A stretch of 64,000 nt of DNA. Source: a virus. Each line of letters starts with the position of its first letter. Positions within the stretch are counted from its first letter, which is position 1. The translations under genes and the position numbers were made by a program. Where the stretch lies: positions 10,857 through 74,856 of IMG/VR virus record IMGVR_UViG_3300045988_151163; one strand, written 5' to 3'. Under the pieces are notes generated by a model. That model was not told the origin of the DNA. It ran no database searches and was given only the letters and a program-made list of their open reading frames with translations. Below, piece after piece: positions 49,872-56,341 of the stretch.

Positions 49872-50105
49872 ATGAGAGAAGTTATTTATAAGGTAACAAA
49901 GCCAGGACGTGTAGGTTTTGCAAAACGCAAAACCCTCGAACATGCACAGAGAACTGCACAGAATATCCACGGAGAATACAAGGCGATTCTTGTAGACCCC
50001 GAAATTGCAACAAAGACTTTGATTGCAAGTTCGCCTATGCGTCAGCGTATGATTGCACAGTTTGGAAGAGTGCACCCTAGTTTGAAAAATAGGGTTGACA
50101 AGTAG
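49872..50105 (+). CDS. hypothetical basic protein (77 aa)
   Basis: SD AGAGGGGT 8 nt upstream. Confidence 0.5.
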   Translation: MREVIYKVTKPGRVGFAKRKTLEHAQRTAQNIHGEYKAILVDPEIATKTLIASSPMRQRMIAQFGRVHPSLKNRVDK

Positions 50106-50123
50106 TCAACCCTATGGTATAAT
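50095..50123 (+). promoter_or_regulatory. early promoter (gene 50149); -35 in palindrome GGGTTGAC-N5-GTCAACCC
   Basis: TTGACA-17-TGGTATAAT. Confidence 0.6.
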
Positions 50124-50148
50124 AGATATAGAAAGTGAGGTAAACAAA

Positions 50149-50457
50149 ATGAAAATTTATATTATTCATGAAGATAATGATGGTGTTATTGGAGTAGCAG
50201 ATAGTTATGAAAGTGCAGTTCAATTTCTTATTGATAAAGAGTGGATAACAGAAGATTTTGAAATTTGGAATAGAGAAAACAATTACAGCCGTCCTCTTTA
50301 TACTTTTGAAATCAAGCCAGAAGACATTAAAGCATGGAATATTAGCAAGTTTAATGATTTCTTTGATGGAGATTTTGAGATTGAAGAGGCTAATCTCATA
50401 ACAGATGCACGTAATAAAATTGAGGAGGTGCTTGCCAACGATGGGTTGGAGTCATGA
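50149..50457 (+). CDS. hypothetical acidic protein (102 aa)
   Basis: promoter 50095..50123. Confidence 0.55.
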   Translation: MKIYIIHEDNDGVIGVADSYESAVQFLIDKEWITEDFEIWNRENNYSRPLYTFEIKPEDIKAWNISKFNDFFDGDFEIEEANLITDARNKIEEVLANDGLES

Positions 50458-50608
50458 TTATACTTTTGATTATCTTAAAGAGCAGGCTAACCAAAAATCA
50501 AAAGATGCAACATGTGACAAGATTCTTAGCCACATCAATAGAAATCCTTGCATAACAGTAGCCGAGTTGAGAAAATTTATCATTGACTTAAAAAATAATG
50601 GTTTTTAA
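50441..50608 (+). CDS. hypothetical 55-aa protein
   Basis: GAGGAGG SD 10 nt upstream; bidirectional terminator 50591..50622. Confidence 0.5.
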   Translation: MGWSHDYTFDYLKEQANQKSKDATCDKILSHINRNPCITVAELRKFIIDLKNNGF

Positions 50609-50622
50609 CCATTATTTTTTTT
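50591..50622. terminator. bidirectional intrinsic terminator (AATAATGGTT/AACCATTATT with A-run and T-run)
   Basis: perfect 10-bp stem flanked by A6 and T8. Confidence 0.6.
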
Positions 50623-50632
50623 GAAATTAAAC

Positions 50633-50724
50633 TTGACAAAGTTCCTTTGATATGATATAATGGCGGCGCGCTTGCGGTTGGGGCGCGCCGCAATATTATA
50701 CCACATGTACCCGCAGTTTGTCAA
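50633..50724. repeat. convergent-promoter unit U3: plus promoter 50633..50661, GC hairpin 50662..50691, minus promoter 50695..50724; terminator 50743..50779
   Basis: TTGACA-17-TATAAT; GGCGGCGCGC..GCGCGCCGC; rc TTGACA-18-TGGTATAAT. Confidence 0.6.
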
Positions 50725-50911
50725 GACTAATTTTTGAAAAAATTGCACAAAAATTTTTCTCCCGAATTGTGCAATTTTTACGAAAAGAATCTGATAAAAA
50801 ACGCAAGAATTTTGTATCAATCCATGCTTAAAAGTAGTATTATAATACTTGTAAGGAAGAGATAACAACATGATAGTTGAAAACAAACTTCCTAAAGAAA
50901 ATAAAAAAATG

Positions 50912-50940
50912 CTTGACAAAGCAAACTAAATGTGCTATAA
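50912..50940 (+). promoter_or_regulatory. promoter followed by about 95 nt non-coding leader, then promoter 51041..51069 for the exonuclease gene
   Basis: TTGACA-17-TATAAT twice in tandem. Confidence 0.5.
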
Positions 50941-51101
50941 TAAATACATACAAGGGAGCTGATAAAGCTTGAAACAAAACCCTGTCGAGTGCGTAAGGAA
51001 GTCAAGGTACAGTAAAGGTTGAAAAAATTTGAAAAAGGTCTTGACAAACTCCCTTGAATATGTTATACTTAGTACATAAGGTAAAGGAAAGAGGTAAAAA
51101 A

Positions 51102-51800
51102 ATGGAAAAAAAGATTGATAGAAGAATTAAGTACAGAGCAGTTGTTGATACAGAAACTTGCCCTGTTGACAAAGACTTGAAAGATGTAATTCCTAGTAAT
51201 ATGTGGACGTATGATTTTGGTTTCGCAATCGTAGATAAGAATGGCAACGTATATGAAGCATATAGCTTTGTCAATGCGGATATCTTTATCGGAGAGCGTG
51301 AGTTGATGAAGTCTGCCTATTATGCCAACAAGATTCCGCAGTATTGGGAAGATATCAAAGCAGGCAAGCGCACACTTGCAACATTTTACAATATTAGAAA
51401 GAAATTCTTTGAAGTGTGCGAAGAATACGGAGTAGAAGAAGTTTACGCCCACAATATGCGATTCGATCATGGAACATTGAATACAACAGAAAGATGGTTG
51501 ACAAAATCAAAATACCGCTATTTTTTCCCATCACAATATATTATTTGTGATACTTTGAAGATGGCAAGGGATGTTATTCTAAAAATGTCAACATACAAAA
51601 GATTTTGTGCTGAAAATGGCTATGTTACAAAGAATGGGCAGCCAAGAGCAACCGCTGAAATTCTTTACAGATTCATCAAAAAAGATAATGATTTTATAGA
51701 AAGCCACACCGCACTTGAAGATGTGCTAATCGAGAAAGAGATTCTTGCCTATTGTTTCAAGCAACATAAAAAAATGCGTCGGCTCTTGTGGGAAAATTAA
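51102..51800 (+). CDS. DEDDh-family 3'-5' exonuclease (DnaQ/RNase T-like)
   Basis: Exo I VVDTETCP, Exo II YAHNMRFDHG, Exo III HTALEDV; promoter 51041..51069. Confidence 0.7.
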   Translation: MEKKIDRRIKYRAVVDTETCPVDKDLKDVIPSNMWTYDFGFAIVDKNGNVYEAYSFVNADIFIGERELMKSAYYANKIPQYWEDIKAGKRTLATFYNIRKKFFEVCEEYGVEEVYAHNMRFDHGTLNTTERWLTKSKYRYFFPSQYIICDTLKMARDVILKMSTYKRFCAENGYVTKNGQPRATAEILYRFIKKDNDFIESHTALEDVLIEKEILAYCFKQHKKMRRLLWEN

Positions 51801-51809
51801 AATTCCCAC

Positions 51810-51838
51810 TTGACAAACCGCCTAAAGTGTGGTAATAT
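51810..51838 (+). promoter_or_regulatory. early promoter (gene 51870)
   Basis: TTGACA-17-TAATAT. Confidence 0.5.
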
Positions 51839-51869
51839 ATAATAGAAGAAAGAAAGGAGAAGAAAAGGT

Positions 51870-52193
51870 ATGAAAACAAGAGCGCAGTTGATAGAAGAAA
51901 TCATGGCTGAGTTTGAAAAAGACGGCGAACCAGTAAGCGAAGAAGAAGCTGGTAAAATTGCTGATTTAGAAATCAAAGCCAAGGAAAACAATGTTAAACA
52001 CTATGAGCGTAGCATAAAGCCACGAGACAAGCCAACAAAAGAGAGAAAAATAGACGTAGAAAAATTAAAAATTTTAGAACAAATCCAAGCTACCCTTGAG
52101 GAATACGGATTTACAGTGAAAAGGGAGCGAGAGGTTGCGCTACATTTTGGAAACTATGAGTTGAAACTCATTAGACATAAAAAAAGTAGTTGA
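51870..52193 (+). CDS. hypothetical K/E-rich protein (107 aa)
   Basis: promoter 51810..51838; SD AAAGGAG. Confidence 0.55.
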   Translation: MKTRAQLIEEIMAEFEKDGEPVSEEEAGKIADLEIKAKENNVKHYERSIKPRDKPTKERKIDVEKLKILEQIQATLEEYGFTVKREREVALHFGNYELKLIRHKKSS

Positions 52194-52218
52194 CAAACAA
52201 TAAAAAATGTGATATAAT
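52190..52218 (+). promoter_or_regulatory. promoter with only an 8-codon ORF downstream; tandem with 52281..52309
   Basis: TTGACA-17-TATAAT. Confidence 0.45.
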
Positions 52219-52280
52219 AATTATAGAAAGTGAGGGAAGGAAAAATGAGAAGTCCGCCGAAAAGAAAATAAAAAAAATAG

Positions 52281-52309
52281 TTGACAAAATAAAAAAAGTA
52301 TGATATAAT
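52281..52309 (+). promoter_or_regulatory. early promoter (gene 52345)
   Basis: TTGACA-17-TATAAT. Confidence 0.6.
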
Positions 52310-52344
52310 AAATATATAATAAAGAAAGAAAGAGGTAGATAGTT

Positions 52345-52716
52345 ATGGAAAAGAAGATTACACAGAAGGAAATGTTCAATGAGGTTATCGCACTTGCTAC
52401 TGCAAACGGTAGAGAGGACATTGTGAAGTTTGCCGAGGAAAGAATCGCGGCACTCGATAAGAAGTCCGCAAACCGTAAGCCATCGAAGAATCAGACTGCA
52501 AACGAGGAAATCAAGGCTAAAATCCTGGAGTTCCTTGAGGGTTCGGACGGAAATACTTGTACCGAAATCAAAGATGGTCTTTCCGGTGACTACTCACTCA
52601 ATAAGATTGTAGCACTGATGACGCAGTTGTCAGGCGGTGCAAAGCCAAAGGATGGTGTTGAGTATCCAGTGGTTAGATTTGCTGAGGGTAAGGTGGTTAA
52701 GTTCCGCCTTGCCTAA
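52345..52716 (+). CDS. hypothetical protein (123 aa), paralog of the 55380 gene; winged-helix-like
   Basis: shares ANRKPSKNQTANEEIKAKIL...CTEI...YSLNKIVALMTQL with 55380..55778; high GC; promoter 52281..52309. Confidence 0.55.
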   Translation: MEKKITQKEMFNEVIALATANGREDIVKFAEERIAALDKKSANRKPSKNQTANEEIKAKILEFLEGSDGNTCTEIKDGLSGDYSLNKIVALMTQLSGGAKPKDGVEYPVVRFAEGKVVKFRLA

Positions 52717-52741
52717 GCAGTAAAAAATTTCATAAAGGGGC

Positions 52742-52770
52742 TTGACAAACAAGCCCCTATATGATAAAAT
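52742..52770 (+). promoter_or_regulatory. promoter of the two-tRNA unit; -35 in hairpin GGGGCTTG/CAAGCCCC
   Basis: TTGACA-17-TAAAAT, tRNA 5' end 13 nt downstream. Confidence 0.55.
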
Positions 52771-52783
52771 ATAATTAAGACAT

Positions 52784-52921
52784 GGGGATGTAGCTCAGTG
52801 GTAGAGCGGTGGCTCGTTAAGCCACGTCACATTGATGATACCCCTCTAAAAGCACTTTTGACTTAATCAACCAAGGGTGGGCGTTAGAGACGGGGCGAGA
52901 GTTCGATTCTCTCCATTCCCA
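52784..52921 (+). tRNA. aberrant tRNA-like gene: canonical acceptor, D, anticodon (loop UCGUUAA, GUU=Asn, C at position 33) and T arms, but a 71-nt insertion at the variable-loop position (52826..52896)
   Basis: GGGGATG/CATTCCC acceptor pairing, D arm GCTCAGTGGTAGAGC, anticodon stem GTGGC/GCCAC, T arm GAGAG-TTCGATT-CTCTC; driven by promoter 52742..52770. Confidence 0.45.
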
Positions 52922-52930
52922 ATTAAAAAT

Positions 52931-53002
52931 AGGCGTGTGGCTCAATGGAAAAGCAACGGTCTCCAAAACCGCGATTTACAGGTTCAAATCCTGTCGCGCC
53001 TG
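52931..53002 (+). tRNA. tRNA-Trp (CCA)
   Basis: acceptor AGGCGTG/CGCGCCT, anticodon arm CGGT-CTCCAAA-ACCG, T arm ACAGG-TTCAAAT-CCTGT; GGTCTCCAAAACC is typical of tRNA-Trp. Confidence 0.75.
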
Positions 53003-53036
53003 CTAATACAGTAAAAGATTGTTACCTCCTTTCCTT

Positions 53037-53066
53037 GGGTGCGAGAAATCGCACCCTATTTTTTTG
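53037..53066 (+). terminator. intrinsic terminator after tRNA-Trp (GGGTGCGA/TCGCACCC + T7)
   Basis: hairpin + T-run. Confidence 0.65.
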
Positions 53067-53075
53067 AAAAAGTGC

Positions 53076-53170
53076 TTGACAAAAATTGATTTTTGTGTTA
53101 TAATGGGCGGCGCGCCATAGGTCGCGGCGCGCCGAACTTCCAGTATACCATAATCCCGGCTTTTTGTCAA
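53076..53170. repeat. convergent-promoter unit U4: plus promoter 53076..53104, GC hairpin 53105..53134, minus promoter 53142..53170
   Basis: TTGACA-17-TATAAT; GGGCGGCGCGCC..GCGGCGCGCCG; rc TTGACA-17-TATACT. Confidence 0.6.
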
Positions 53171-53215
53171 GGGTTTTTTGAAAAATTTTTTTTATTTTTT
53201 TTATCCCAAAATGCT

Positions 53216-53244
53216 TGACAAATTAAAATCTATCCTGTATAATA
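53216..53244 (+). promoter_or_regulatory. early promoter (gene 53277)
   Basis: TTGACA-17-TATAAT. Confidence 0.6.
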
Positions 53245-53276
53245 AGTATGTAAGGTAAAGGAAAGGGGTAATAAGT

Positions 53277-53690
53277 ATGAAGCATGTATTTGATAGAAGA
53301 ACTTATATTAAGTTTAATGGTTGGGAATGTTTTAAAGATACATCTATTTTTAAAGATTTGCAGTTTTTACCAGAAGAAAAAGCAACTGAAAAGTTATTCT
53401 ATATTAGAGATTTTAAAGAGTTGGTAACAAAAGTACAGAATGGGGTAATCTGTAATGCAGAAATGGACGAAACATTTTTTAAACATCGTCCAAAGGTGGT
53501 ACTTCATACTGCGGATTTGTTTAATAATTATTTTTCTATCACAGAAAAAAATTTTGCACCATTAGAAATCAAAATTGAGTATATAGAAGATAAAAACACT
53601 TCATTAAAAACTCTTTCAGGAATGCTTCCTGCTGATGATTTTGTGGAGTATCTAAAAGATAGAGAAATTTCTTTAGAAAAATTTTTATAA
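53277..53690 (+). CDS. hypothetical protein (137 aa)
   Basis: promoter 53216..53244. Confidence 0.55.
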   Translation: MKHVFDRRTYIKFNGWECFKDTSIFKDLQFLPEEKATEKLFYIRDFKELVTKVQNGVICNAEMDETFFKHRPKVVLHTADLFNNYFSITEKNFAPLEIKIEYIEDKNTSLKTLSGMLPADDFVEYLKDREISLEKFL

Positions 53691-53695
53691 AACTA

Positions 53696-53757
53696 TTGAC
53701 AAATAATATTAAACATGATATAATAAAGAAAAGATAAGGAAAGAGGTAAAAAATATG
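53696..53757 (+). repeat. about 60-bp promoter+leader+RBS block, near-identical direct repeat of 53912..53975
   Basis: TTGACAAATAATATTAAACATGATATAATAAAGAAAAGATAAGGAAAGAGGTAAAAAA in both. Confidence 0.6.
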
Positions 53758-53895
53758 ACAGTTAAAGATTTAATTAGAATATTAGAACAGTATCCATCAG
53801 ATACAGAAGTTTCTGTCTATTATGACGGCGGTGTCGCGGATAACGCCCATGAACCTGAGATAGATTATGATAATTCTAATATTATAATATGGTAA
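53755..53895 (+). CDS. hypothetical 46-aa protein
   Basis: promoter 53696..53724 (duplicate of 53912 block). Confidence 0.4.
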   Translation: MTVKDLIRILEQYPSDTEVSVYYDGGVADNAHEPEIDYDNSNIIIW

Positions 53896-53911
53896 TAAAA
53901 TAAAAAAATAC

Positions 53912-53975
53912 TTGACAAATAATATTAAACATGATATAATAAAGAAAAGATAAGGAAAGAGGTAAAAAAGATATG
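53912..53975 (+). repeat. second copy of the promoter+leader block (drives the HAD phosphatase gene)
   Basis: see 53696..53757. Confidence 0.6.
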
Positions 53976-54431
53976 AAAACATTAGTATTTGACATGGATG
54001 GAACAATCGCAAATTTCTACGGAGTAGAGGGCTGGCTTAAGGATTTACACAACGAGAATCCGCGCCCTTACATTATGGCTGAACCACTTTGGGATATGGC
54101 TTTGCTTGGTTCTCTTCTCTGTTGTTTGAAGAGCGTTGGTTACAGAATCGTTGTCACATCTTGGTTGTCTAAGGATTCTACAAAAGACTTTGACGAAGTT
54201 GTGAGAACTGCAAAAAGAGATTGGCTTACTAGATATAACTTCCCTTTTGATGAAATCCACCTTGTGAAGTATGGCACAACAAAAGCAAACTGTACACGCA
54301 AGCATGGTGGCAATCAGATTCTTTTTGATGATAACGCAAAGGTTCGCAAGGGTTGGAGCTTGGGAGAAACAATCGACCCGACCGCAGAAAATATTATTGA
54401 CTTTTTAGCTGATTTACTCTTGACAGAGTAG
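53973..54431 (+). CDS. HAD-superfamily phosphatase, 5'(3')-deoxyribonucleotidase-like (152 aa)
   Basis: motif I FDMDGT, motif II VVTSW, motif III KRDW, motif IV LFDDN. Confidence 0.65.
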   Translation: MKTLVFDMDGTIANFYGVEGWLKDLHNENPRPYIMAEPLWDMALLGSLLCCLKSVGYRIVVTSWLSKDSTKDFDEVVRTAKRDWLTRYNFPFDEIHLVKYGTTKANCTRKHGGNQILFDDNAKVRKGWSLGETIDPTAENIIDFLADLLLTE

Positions 54432-54448
54432 GTCAGCGGTGGTATAAT
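54420..54448 (+). promoter_or_regulatory. early promoter (gene 54475)
   Basis: TTGACA-17-TGGTATAAT. Confidence 0.55.
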
Positions 54449-54474
54449 AGGTATAGAAAGTGAGGTAGATAAGA

Positions 54475-54666
54475 ATGGTAATAGGAATGAAGAAATCTTT
54501 TTTCCCAACCTATAAGCAAGCTATTGAGTATGTATCAGTAATTTGTTCTCAAAGAATGGGTAATATAAAAGTTGGGTGTAAAAGAGATAAAACACTAAAA
54601 AAACCTTGGTTTGTTGAGTATACCGCTTGGTCAGAAGATTTTATTAAAAGAGAGGGATTGAAATAA
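54475..54666 (+). CDS. hypothetical 63-aa protein
   Basis: promoter 54420..54448. Confidence 0.5.
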   Translation: MVIGMKKSFFPTYKQAIEYVSVICSQRMGNIKVGCKRDKTLKKPWFVEYTAWSEDFIKREGLK

Positions 54667-54677
54667 TGAAAAAACAC

Positions 54678-54706
54678 TTGACAAATATTTATGGTTATGC
54701 TATAAT
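54678..54706 (+). promoter_or_regulatory. early promoter (gene 54739)
   Basis: TTGACA-17-TATAAT. Confidence 0.6.
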
Positions 54707-54738
54707 TATTATAGAAAATGAAAGAGAGGTAAAATAAA

Positions 54739-54915
54739 ATGGCAAAAATTAAAGAAGTAATTGAGATAACAAAAGAAGAAAAAGAAATTCTTGAAAAAGC
54801 AGATGATATTTTAACTTCAATAACATTGGCATTAGGAGAAAAGCATCTTAATGATTTTAATTATCCAAGCATACTTGATCGAATGTCAATTACTTTTAAT
54901 GCATTAACAAAATAG
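54739..54915 (+). CDS. hypothetical 58-aa acidic protein
   Basis: promoter 54678..54706; terminator 54913..54935. Confidence 0.45.
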   Translation: MAKIKEVIEITKEEKEILEKADDILTSITLALGEKHLNDFNYPSILDRMSITFNALTK

Positions 54916-54946
54916 GCAAAATGCCTATTTTTTTTACTTAAAACTC

Positions 54947-55038
54947 TTGACAAACAATAGAAAGTATGCTATAATGGCGCGGCGTGCACGCTCCTCGCAC
55001 GCCGAGATATTATACCACATAGCTCTGGCATTTGTCAA
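54947..55038. repeat. convergent-promoter unit U5: plus promoter 54947..54975, GC hairpin 54976..55006, minus promoter 55009..55038; terminator 55047..55093
   Basis: TTGACA-17-TATAAT; GGCGCGGCGTGC..GCACGCCGAG; rc TTGACA-18-TGGTATAAT. Confidence 0.6.
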
Positions 55039-55099
55039 TAGGAAAATTGCACAAATTTTTTAACCTTGTGCATCCCGAATTTTGTGCATTTTTCCGATA

Positions 55100-55330
55100 T
55101 TGATTTTCTATAAATATTTTGTTATAATGTATTTACAAGGTAAGGAAAGAAAACAAAATAGCAACCTCGGTCGTGAGGAAAACAAATTTTGAAACTTTCA
55201 AAAACCTATTGACAAACATTAAAAAATATGTTATAATAAGCATGTAAGGTCAAGGAAGATTAAAGGTTCTAAACCGAAAAGAAAATAATAAAAAAAAATG
55301 CTTGACAAACCTTACAAAATATGTTATAAT
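55100..55330 (+). promoter_or_regulatory. three tandem promoters (55100..55128 TTGATT-17-TATAAT; 55209..55237; 55302..55330) separated by about 70-100 nt non-coding spacers, upstream of gene 55380
   Basis: each with 17-nt spacing and TRTG extended -10. Confidence 0.5.
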
Positions 55331-55379
55331 ATATATGTAACAAAGAGTTAAGAATTTATTAAGAAAAGGGGTATGTTTT

Positions 55380-55778
55380 ATGACAACAACAAACAAGACA
55401 ACAAAGAAGCAGTACTTTGAAATGATTATGGCTATTGAGGGCGTGTCCGAGGATATTAAGGACTTCTGTGCAAGAGAGATTGCAACCCTTGAGAAGAAGA
55501 ACGCCAACCGTAAGCCGTCTAAGAATCAGACCGCAAACGAGGAAATCAAGGCGAAGATTCTTGATGTACTTGAGGACTCTAAGCCTATGACCTGTACAGA
55601 GATTATGACCGCCTTTAATGGCGAGTATTCACTCAATAAGATTGTAGCACTGATGACTCAGCTTGCTGGTCCAGCAAAGGATGAAAACAGAGATGCTACT
55701 AAGGTATATCTTGTTCGCCGTATTCCAGATGGTAAGAAGATGACTTTCGCCCTTAATACCGAGGGTATCGAGGGTTAG
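55380..55778 (+). CDS. hypothetical protein (132 aa), paralog of 52345..52716
   Basis: shared core motif; three tandem promoters upstream (55100, 55209, 55302). Confidence 0.55.
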   Translation: MTTTNKTTKKQYFEMIMAIEGVSEDIKDFCAREIATLEKKNANRKPSKNQTANEEIKAKILDVLEDSKPMTCTEIMTAFNGEYSLNKIVALMTQLAGPAKDENRDATKVYLVRRIPDGKKMTFALNTEGIEG

Positions 55779-55831
55779 TAAAAACAATGTGCGGTCGGTG
55801 GGGTTCTCCCACCGAAAACCGCAATTAAAGG

Positions 55832-55860
55832 TTGACATTCTCAACCTCTTGTGATATAAT
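55832..55860 (+). promoter_or_regulatory. early promoter (gene 55892); -35 in palindrome AGGTTGA-N5-TCAACCT; preceded by nested GC hairpin 55789..55823
   Basis: TTGACA-17-TGATATAAT. Confidence 0.55.
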
Positions 55861-55891
55861 ATAAGTACAGTAAAGGAAAGGGGTTGTGAAT

Positions 55892-56278
55892 ATGAATATC
55901 AAGTTGTGTGAAGATTGCGAAAACCTTATCTGTAAGAATGGCAAAATGCTTTGCCATGAGATGTGGGATAAACCTTGTGAAGAGTTGGAAGAATGTCCCG
56001 AAGGATTCACAATGGAAGAGGTTGTCGAGTTGGAAGAGAAAACCAAAGGACAGAGAGTTGACCACGGGATTGCCCAGGAAAAGCGCAAGGATTCAAAGCC
56101 TAGGACAGTGAAGATTTCTGATGAAAAAAAAGCAGTTTTCCATGATATTTTAACCAATTTGCAAAGTATTTATGGCGAAAAGGTTGAGATTCTTAAGGAA
56201 AACAAGCTGATTTCTTTAGAAATCAATGGTCGCAAGTTCAAAATCGACTTAATTGAGCAGAGAAAACCTAAGAAATAA
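55892..56278 (+). CDS. Cys-rich (zinc-finger-like) acidic protein (128 aa)
   Basis: CEDCENLICKNGKMLCHEMWDKPCEELEEC; promoter 55832..55860; terminator 56287..56340. Confidence 0.5.
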   Translation: MNIKLCEDCENLICKNGKMLCHEMWDKPCEELEECPEGFTMEEVVELEEKTKGQRVDHGIAQEKRKDSKPRTVKISDEKKAVFHDILTNLQSIYGEKVEILKENKLISLEINGRKFKIDLIEQRKPKK

Positions 56279-56341
56279 AGGTTTTTAGAGGAAAATTCCT
56301 TAAAAAATGAGGAATTTTCCTCTATTTTTTTATTTTTTTAC

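Noticed and set aside
52826-52896. Group I intron in the aberrant tRNA
   Set aside because: The insert is only 71 nt and sits at the variable-loop position, not in the anticodon loop. It is too small and in the wrong place for a bacterial group I tRNA intron.
53017-53036. 16S rRNA fragment
   Set aside because: Only about 12 nt match the 16S 3' end. There is no flanking rRNA-like sequence, so this is a short motif, not an rRNA gene.
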